Below, in pieces: positions 57,539 through 64,000 of a stretch of DNA of 64,000 nucleotides; the stretch's first letter is position 1, and the number at the start of each line of letters is the position of its first letter. The stretch comes from an uncultured Candidatus Binatia bacterium (GTDB lineage: Bacteria > Desulfobacterota > Binatia > UBA9968 > JAJDTQ01): contig CBDCAF010000018.1 of assembly GCA_965213675.1 (NCBI GenBank), forward strand, positions 19,905 to 83,904, in the 5' to 3' direction. The translations under genes were made by a program, and so were the position numbers. Under the pieces are notes generated by a model. It was not told where the DNA came from. It saw nothing but the letters and a program-made list of their open reading frames with translations, and did no database searches.

Positions 57539-59446
57539 ATGCTCGAGTTGCTGTGGCTGATACCCGCCTTTCCCCTCGCCGGCTTTGTCGCCCTCACGCT
57601 GGTGGGGTCGCGCCTGACGCGCACCGAGGTGGCGTACGTGGGCGCGGGCTCCGTGGGCCTGTCGGCGGTGGTCACGCTGCTCGTGGGACTGAGCTTCATG
57701 GCCGCACCCCCCGCCGGGGGCAGCTTTGTTCAGACTCTGTGGGTGTGGGTGGACGTGGCCGGCTTCCGTCCCGCCTTCGCCTTCCATCTCGACGCCCTGT
57801 CGCTGACGATGATCTTCGTCGTGACCTTCGTGGGCTTTCTGATCCACCTCTATTCCATCGAATACATGATGGAGGAAGAGGGTTACAGCCGCTTCTTCGC
57901 GTACATGAACCTGTTCGTGTGCGCCATGCTGATCCTGCTCCTGGCCGACAACCTCATGCTGCTGCTGCTGGGCTGGGAGGGCGTGGGCCTGTGCAGCTAC
58001 CTGCTCATCGGCTTCTTCTACAAGGACGAGGCCAACAGCCGGGCCGCGAGCAAGGCCTTCATCGTCACCCGGGTGGGGGACACGGCCATGCTCATGGCGC
58101 TGTTCCTGCTCTTCGCCGAGCTGGGCACCCTGGACATCCAGGCGCTCCTGGAGCGCGCGGGGCAGCAGTTCCAGCCCGGTTCGGGCATGGCCACCGTGGT
58201 GGCGCTGCTGCTTCTCGGCGGGGCCGTGGGCAAGTCGGCGCAGCTTCCGCTCCAGACCTGGCTGCCGGACGCCATGGCCGGACCCACGCCGGTGAGCGCC
58301 CTCATCCACGCGGCCACCATGGTCACCGCGGGCGTCTACCTCATCGCCCGCACCCACGTGCTTTTCACCCTGGCGCCGGCGGTGCTGACGCTGGTGGCGG
58401 TCATCGGCACGCTGACGCTCTTGATGGCCGGCTTCGCCGCCTTGGTGCAATCCGACATCAAGCGCGTGCTCGCCTACTCCACCATCAGCCAGATCGGCTA
58501 CATGTTCCTGGCTCTGGGGGTGGGCGCGTGGTCGGCGGCGCTGTTCCACTTCATGATCCACGCCTTTTTCAAGGCGCTCCTGTTCCTGGGGGCGGGTGCG
58601 GTCATCATGGCCCTGCACCACGAGCAGGACATGTACCGCATGGGCGGACTGCGACGGCAGATGCCGTTCACGTTCCGGTGTTTTCTCATCGGTTCCGCGG
58701 CGCTGGCGGCGGTGCCGGTGGTGACCGCGGGCTTCTACAGCAAGGACCTGATCATCTGGAACGCGTACAATTCCGAGATCGGCGGCGTCTGGCTGTGGGC
58801 CGGGGCGCTGGCCGGGGCGCTGCTGACTTCCGTCTACACGTTCCGCATGGTGTTCCTGACCTTCTACCGCGAGGCCACCGAGTGGGTGCGGCAGCTCATG
58901 CCCATCCGTGAACCCGGCCCGTGCGTACGCATTCCGCTGGGGATCCTGGCGGTGCTTTCGGTGGCGGCCGGGGTGATCGAGTTGCCCCATACCATGGGCA
59001 CGCTCACCCTGTTCTCCGGCTTCCTGAACACGACGTTGCCGGAGTATCACGGTGTGCACGCGAGCTACGGCGCCGAGCTTCTGTTCGAGATGATGGCGGC
59101 GGCCGCGTCGCTGGGGGGCATCTGGCTCGTCTGGACGCTGGTGATGGCGCCGCCCGAGGCCATGAAGCGCCTCGGGGAGCAGCCGTGGGCGCGTGGCCTG
59201 GAGCGTCTGTGGTTCAGCGGCTGGGGCTTCGACACGCTCTATGACGCGCTCTTTGTCCAGCCTTGGCTGTGGTGCGCGAAGGTCAACAAGGACGACTTCA
59301 TCGACGGCTTCTATCGCGCCGTCGCCTTCGTCACCGAGACGCTCCATGTCGTCGTGAGCATCACCCAGACGGGCGCGGTGCGCTGGTACGCCACCGGCAT
59401 CGCGGTGGGCGCGGTGTTGACCGTGGGACTGGTGATCATCCTATGA
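57539..59446 (+). CDS. nuoL: NADH-quinone oxidoreductase subunit L
   Basis: GWEGVG, GKSAQLPL.TWLPDAMAGPTPVSALIHAATMV, HAFFKALLF. Confidence 0.95.
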   Translation: MLELLWLIPAFPLAGFVALTLVGSRLTRTEVAYVGAGSVGLSAVVTLLVGLSFMAAPPAGGSFVQTLWVWVDVAGFRPAFAFHLDALSLTMIFVVTFVGFLIHLYSIEYMMEEEGYSRFFAYMNLFVCAMLILLLADNLMLLLLGWEGVGLCSYLLIGFFYKDEANSRAASKAFIVTRVGDTAMLMALFLLFAELGTLDIQALLERAGQQFQPGSGMATVVALLLLGGAVGKSAQLPLQTWLPDAMAGPTPVSALIHAATMVTAGVYLIARTHVLFTLAPAVLTLVAVIGTLTLLMAGFAALVQSDIKRVLAYSTISQIGYMFLALGVGAWSAALFHFMIHAFFKALLFLGAGAVIMALHHEQDMYRMGGLRRQMPFTFRCFLIGSAALAAVPVVTAGFYSKDLIIWNAYNSEIGGVWLWAGALAGALLTSVYTFRMVFLTFYREATEWVRQLMPIREPGPCVRIPLGILAVLSVAAGVIELPHTMGTLTLFSGFLNTTLPEYHGVHASYGAELLFEMMAAAASLGGIWLVWTLVMAPPEAMKRLGEQPWARGLERLWFSGWGFDTLYDALFVQPWLWCAKVNKDDFIDGFYRAVAFVTETLHVVVSITQTGAVRWYATGIAVGAVLTVGLVIIL

Positions 59447-61011
59447 GCCTTGCCTGGATCCTGCTTTTGCCTTTCGCGGGCGGCCTCGCGGCGTGGATCG
59501 CGGGGCGGTGGAGCGACCTGTGGGCGCGCTGGATCGCGCTGGCAACGGCGCTGCTCCACCTGCTTCTGCTGCTCGTGACGTGGAGCGTCTTCTTCACCCG
59601 CGTCGCACCCGCACCGGACGGGTGGCTCATGGCCTCCAAGCACCCGTGGATCCCGCAGTTGGGGATCAGCTTCCACTTGGCCGTGGACGGCATCAGCCTG
59701 TTGATGCTGTTGCTGGCGAGCTTCCTCACGGTGTTGGCGGTGCTCGCCTCCTGGAACTCCATCACCCGTTCTGTGGGCCTCTACCACTTCAACCTGCTCT
59801 TCATTCTCACGGCCCTTTCCGGGGTATTCATCGCCTTCGACCTGTTCCTCTTCTTCGCCTTCTGGGAAATCTCGCTCTTGCCGTTGTATTTCCTCATCGG
59901 CATCTGGGGCTACGAGAACCGCGTCTACGCCACCACCAAGTTTTTCATCATCACCCAGGGGAGTGGCCTGTTGATGCTTCTGGCCATCCTGGGGCTGGTG
60001 GTCGTGCACTGGCAGTCCACCGGCGTCATCACCTTCGACTACCTGGATCTGTTGGGCACGGTCATGTCGGAGACCAAGGCGTTCTGGCTCATGCTGGGCT
60101 TCTTCATCGCCTTTGCCGTGAAGCTCCCGGTGGTGCCGTTCCACACCTGGCTGCCCGACGCCCATACCCAGGCGCCCACCGCGGGCAGCGTGGCGCTGGC
60201 GGGCCTGGTGCTCAAGATCGGCGCTTACGGCATGCTCCGTTTCGTGGTGCCGATGTTTCCGCAGGCGGTGGCGGACTTCACCGTGTTCGCCATGATCCTG
60301 GCCGTGGCCGGCATCCTCTACGGCGCGGTCCTGGCCCTGGGCCAGACTGACCTGAAGCGCATGGTGGCGTACACCAGCATCAGCCACATGGGCTTCGTGC
60401 TGCTGGGAATATTCGCGGGGAACGAGCTGGCGCTTCAGGGGGCGATCATCATCATGCTGTCCCACGGATTCAGCGCCGCCGCGCTGTTCATCATGGTGGG
60501 GGACCTGCAGCACCGTACGCACACCCGCGAGCTGGGACGTTTCGGCGGTCTATGGGCGGTGATGCCACGCATGGGCGGCGTGGGCCTGTTCTTTGCCATG
60601 GCGTCGCTGGGATTGCCGGGACTGGCGAGCTTCGTGGGCGAGTTTCTGGTGCTGCTGGGCGCATTCCAGGTGAACGCGCCGCTGACGGTGCTGGCGTCGC
60701 TGGGTCTCGTGGCCGCGACGATTTACTCGCTGTGGATGATGCAGAAGGTCTACTACGGCGCCAACGCGGGAGACTGGCAGATCCACGACACGAGCGGCCG
60801 GGAGATGGCGATCATGGGGTCGCTCATCGGCGCGACGCTGTGGCTCGGGCTCTACCCGCAGCCGGTGTTGACCACTTCCGGACACGCCCTCGCCGAGATG
60901 CGGAAGTTCGCCGCCCATACCCGCGCCACGGCTGCGCGCCCGGTGGACACGGACAGCGCGGCGCGCGGCGCGGTCGCGTCCACATCGCTGGTTGGAGGTG
61001 AGCGGCCTTGA
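59443..61011 (+). CDS. nuoM: NADH-quinone oxidoreductase subunit M
   Basis: VDGISL, FWE, K.P.VPFHTWLPDAH..AP, AYTSISHMG. Confidence 0.95.
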   Translation: MSLAWILLLPFAGGLAAWIAGRWSDLWARWIALATALLHLLLLLVTWSVFFTRVAPAPDGWLMASKHPWIPQLGISFHLAVDGISLLMLLLASFLTVLAVLASWNSITRSVGLYHFNLLFILTALSGVFIAFDLFLFFAFWEISLLPLYFLIGIWGYENRVYATTKFFIITQGSGLLMLLAILGLVVVHWQSTGVITFDYLDLLGTVMSETKAFWLMLGFFIAFAVKLPVVPFHTWLPDAHTQAPTAGSVALAGLVLKIGAYGMLRFVVPMFPQAVADFTVFAMILAVAGILYGAVLALGQTDLKRMVAYTSISHMGFVLLGIFAGNELALQGAIIIMLSHGFSAAALFIMVGDLQHRTHTRELGRFGGLWAVMPRMGGVGLFFAMASLGLPGLASFVGEFLVLLGAFQVNAPLTVLASLGLVAATIYSLWMMQKVYYGANAGDWQIHDTSGREMAIMGSLIGATLWLGLYPQPVLTTSGHALAEMRKFAAHTRATAARPVDTDSAARGAVASTSLVGGERP

Positions 61012-62450
61012 ACCCCTTCAGCGCACTGACCCCCATCGTCCTGTTGGGCTTGACGCCACTGGTGCTCATGCTGGTGATCTCGTTCCGCCGGAGCCACTGG
61101 CTCGCCGCGCTCATCTCGCTCGTGGGCATGGCCCTGCCGCTGGCCCTGCTGAGCGGCACCGCCACCAGCGCCGCGCCGCCGCTGGCGCCACTGCTGATCA
61201 TCGACGGATACGCGCTCTTCTACATCGGCTTGGTGTCGGCCGCGACCCTGGTCGTCATCGTGCTGTCGTACAGCTACCTCGAGCGCGTGTCGGGAAACCG
61301 CGAGGAGTTCTATCTCCTGCTCACGCTGGCCACCTTCGGCTGTGCCGTATTGACGGCCAGCAACCACTTCATTTCGTTTTTCGTGGGGCTGGAGATACTC
61401 AGCGTTTCCCTTTACGGACTCGTCGCCTATCTGCGCACCACGCGCACGGCGCTGGAATCCGGCATCAAATACCTGATCCTGGCGGCCGCTTCGGCAGCCT
61501 TCCTGCTCTTCGGCATGGCGCTCATTTACGCGGACCTCGGCACCATGGACTTCACCGCCATGACCTCGGTGCTGTCGGCCCAGACCCGTGAGCCTTCGGT
61601 GCTGCTTCTCGGCGGCTTCGCCATGCTGATCGTCGGCGCCGGCTTCAAGCTCGCGGTGGCGCCGTTCCACATGTGGGCGCCGGACGTCTACCAAGGGGCG
61701 CCCACGCCCGTCACGGCTTACCTCACCACGGTTTCCAAGGGCGCGATGGTGGCGCTGCTGCTGCGCTACGGGCAGTACAGCGGGCTCCTGGACTACGATT
61801 CGGTGGCCACGGTGCTGGCGGTCATCGCGGTGCTCTCGATGTTCCTCGGCAACCTGCTGGCGCTCTTGCAGGACAATCTCAAGCGCCTGCTGGCCTATTC
61901 GTCCATCGCGCATATGGGCTACCTGCTGGTGGCCGTGATCGCCGCCTCCCGGGAAGGGTCGCAGGCGGTGACGTTCTACCTGGTGGCCTACTTCGTCACC
62001 TCCCTGGGCATCTTCGGCATCATCACCGCGCTCTCGGACGAACACAAGGAGGCCGACGAGATCGGCGATTACCGCGGCCTGTTCTGGCGCCGCCCCTGGG
62101 TGAGCGGCGCGCTTACGCTGATGCTGTTCTCGCTGGCCGGGATTCCGCTGACGGCCGGGTTCGTGGGCAAGTTCTACGTGCTCACCGCCGGTGTGTTCTC
62201 CGACCTCTGGGCCCTGGTCCTGCTGCTGGTGGTGAGCAGCGTCATCGGCCTCTACTACTACCTGCGCGTTATCATCACCCTGTACCTGTCCGCCCCGGAG
62301 CACCCGTCCTCGCGCCTGCCCGCCACCCGCCGCTTCTCATTACCCGAGGGCCTCGTGCTCGCCGGCCTGACCGTGTTGCTCATCTGGTTCGGCATCTACC
62401 CCGCGCCACTGCTGAGCGCCATCCAGGCCGCCGTGGGCAGCCTCGCCTGA
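61008..62450 (+). CDS. nuoN: NADH-quinone oxidoreductase subunit N
   Basis: E.GIKY, FKL..APFHMWAPDVYQGAP, KRLLAYSSIAH.GY, SLAGIP. Confidence 0.95.
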   Translation: MNPFSALTPIVLLGLTPLVLMLVISFRRSHWLAALISLVGMALPLALLSGTATSAAPPLAPLLIIDGYALFYIGLVSAATLVVIVLSYSYLERVSGNREEFYLLLTLATFGCAVLTASNHFISFFVGLEILSVSLYGLVAYLRTTRTALESGIKYLILAAASAAFLLFGMALIYADLGTMDFTAMTSVLSAQTREPSVLLLGGFAMLIVGAGFKLAVAPFHMWAPDVYQGAPTPVTAYLTTVSKGAMVALLLRYGQYSGLLDYDSVATVLAVIAVLSMFLGNLLALLQDNLKRLLAYSSIAHMGYLLVAVIAASREGSQAVTFYLVAYFVTSLGIFGIITALSDEHKEADEIGDYRGLFWRRPWVSGALTLMLFSLAGIPLTAGFVGKFYVLTAGVFSDLWALVLLLVVSSVIGLYYYLRVIITLYLSAPEHPSSRLPATRRFSLPEGLVLAGLTVLLIWFGIYPAPLLSAIQAAVGSLA

Positions 62451-62458
62451 GTCGCTGG

Positions 62459-62695
62459 ATGCCGGACAAAGAAGGCGGCCGGCGCGCCATCGGCGCCTGC
62501 CGCCCGGACTCGGACATGGATCTGGTCATTCCCGGCCAACTCGATGCGAGAACCATCAATCACCAGTGGACGCTGTTTCACGAAAGCAACCTGCCTGTCG
62601 CGGTTGACGTGATGCGCCACGGTTTCACGACCTGCCGGCCGCTCAGAGAGCAGACGGACGCGGTAAAGCCGCCGCGTTCACCCAACGGAATTTGA
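62459..62695 (+). pseudogene. truncated minimal nucleotidyltransferase (MNT antitoxin-like) remnant
   Basis: RAIG..RPDSDMDLVI.G...FHESNLP..VDV matches the MNT pattern, but the N-terminal helix and the FGS motif are missing. Confidence 0.55.
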
Positions 62696-63523
62696 TGAAG
62701 TGAATGACCGGGAGTCCCAGTGAGCCGGCTGGACCAGCAGTTCGCCGCGAAGCACTGTGACGGCTTGGCCCAGGAGCAGGACGCGGTGGCCGCGGACGAC
62801 GACCTTGACAAGACCGCCTCGTTCGGACACTTGCCGGGCCGTGAGCGCGTCCCGGCCGAGCCGGTCGCGCCAGTAGGGTCCGAGGCAGCAATGGGCCGAC
62901 CCGGTGACCGGGTCTTCGTCGATGCCGGTGCCGGGTGCGAAGAAGCGCGACACGAAGTCGAGGTCTTCGCTGTCCGCCCGCGCGGTGACGATGATTCCGC
63001 GGGTTTCCAGCTTCCTGAGCCTCGCAAAGTCCGGTGCAAGCCCCTCGACGGTGGCTTGTGTATCGACCTCGATGAGGTAGTCGAGGCGGTTCCGCCCGAC
63101 GCAGGCCGGTTCTGCCCCGAGGGCTTCGGCCAACCCTTGGGGCGCGGGCGCGGGTTTCGCCGGTTCCGCGGGGAAATCCATTTCGATCCAGCCGTCGCGC
63201 AACACCGCGGACAAGCGACCGGAACGGGTGTGGAAGACGGCCGGTGTTTCCCGCGGCAGGCGCCCCTCCTCCCACAACGCGTGGGCACTGGCCAGCGTGG
63301 CATGACCGCAAAGATCGACCTCGACGGCCGGTGTGAACCATCGCAGGTCGAACTCGCCGTCAGCCCGCCGAACCAGGAACGCAGTCTCGGACAGATTCAT
63401 CTCGCGCGCCACGCGCTGCATCCACGCGCTGCCGGCGGGAGCGGGCAACAGGCACACCGCGGCTGGGTTGCCTGCGAATGGCTCGTGGGTGAAGGCATCG
63501 ACCTGGGTGAGGGTCAGGGGCAT
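62678..63523 (-). CDS. PhzF-family isomerase
   Basis: VDAFT..PF.GNPAAV, NLSETAF, EVDLCGHATLA, EDPVTGSAH. Confidence 0.92.
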   Translation of the reverse strand: MPLTLTQVDAFTHEPFAGNPAAVCLLPAPAGSAWMQRVAREMNLSETAFLVRRADGEFDLRWFTPAVEVDLCGHATLASAHALWEEGRLPRETPAVFHTRSGRLSAVLRDGWIEMDFPAEPAKPAPAPQGLAEALGAEPACVGRNRLDYLIEVDTQATVEGLAPDFARLRKLETRGIIVTARADSEDLDFVSRFFAPGTGIDEDPVTGSAHCCLGPYWRDRLGRDALTARQVSERGGLVKVVVRGHRVLLLGQAVTVLRGELLVQPAHWDSRSFTSSNSVG

Positions 63524-63547
63524 CTTCGACGACTCCGGGCGGCGCGT

Positions 63548-63943
63548 TCAACCGAAGATGTCATACAGCACCAGCGCCCACACCAGCACGCAGCCCATCA
63601 GGCTCACGAATACCGCCGCGCTGGCGATGTCCTTGGCCTGCTTCGCCAAGGCGTCCTTGTCGAGCGAGATGCGGTCGACGGCCGCTTCCACCGCGGAGTT
63701 GAGCAGTTCGGCTACGAGGACGAACAGCACGGTGTGCATGAGCAGCGCCTTCTGCACAAGCGATGCGGGCAGCGCCATCGCAATCACGAACAGCACTGCT
63801 GTGAGGCCGAGCTCCTGGCGGAACGCCGCCTCGTTGCGGAAGGCGCTCCCGAGTCCTGCCATCGAGTAACCCAGCGCGCGCCAGATCCGGGTCATGCCGC
63901 GTTTGCCCTTGGTCGGTGTCGTCGAATTCCCTTCATGGCTCAT
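63548..63943 (-). CDS. dgkA: diacylglycerol kinase
   Basis: YS..GL..A...EAAFRQE, ELLNSAVEAAVD, AK.AKD..SAAV. Confidence 0.93.
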   Translation of the reverse strand: MSHEGNSTTPTKGKRGMTRIWRALGYSMAGLGSAFRNEAAFRQELGLTAVLFVIAMALPASLVQKALLMHTVLFVLVAELLNSAVEAAVDRISLDKDALAKQAKDIASAAVFVSLMGCVLVWALVLYDIFG

Positions 63944-64000
63944 GGACTGTCCTGCAAGTGTGTGGAGTTTGCGGGTTCGCCCCTCCAGGCCCGGTCCAGG

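Overview
GC-rich bacterial chromosomal window. The gene content (LLM oxidoreductases, bicupins, a Bug/TctC receptor, ehuBCDA, Mo-hydroxylase, REP-like repeats) resembles Binatota/deltaproteobacterial genomes, but that host call is inference only. It has three zones. (1) 1-23.3 kb: catabolic and transport genes with several MITE/REP elements, and a small operon (CDGSH Fe-S protein, cupin, GST, LarE). The GST has an in-frame TGA at its catalytic Cys position followed by a SECIS-like hairpin, so it is a probable selenoprotein missed by the ORF track. (2) 23.4-47.4 kb: a defence island built on class I DISARM (drmD-drmMI ... drmA-drmB, no drmC) and split by about 10 kb of cargo. The cargo holds a tightly packed minus-strand module: PPTase, ACP-like protein, XRE HTH, IrrE metallopeptidase with a chagasin-like domain, papain-like protease, thymidylate-synthase-like enzyme and MazG/MazG_C. 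It converges on an aGPT-Pplase1 (5-hmdU-modification) domain fused in frame to the DISARM methylase. A divergent set encodes a TM protein plus ThsB-like TIR, an AAA ATPase, an orphan ParD and an ART-like/DUF6575-like pair, the latter fused to DrmA. The PPTase/ACP + protease/inhibitor + pyrimidine-modification module is the best candidate for an undescribed system. (3) 47.7-64 kb: a complete nuoA-N complex I operon with fused NuoCD, a nucleotidyltransferase remnant, a PhzF-like gene and dgkA. All family assignments come from motif recognition by eye; no database search was run.
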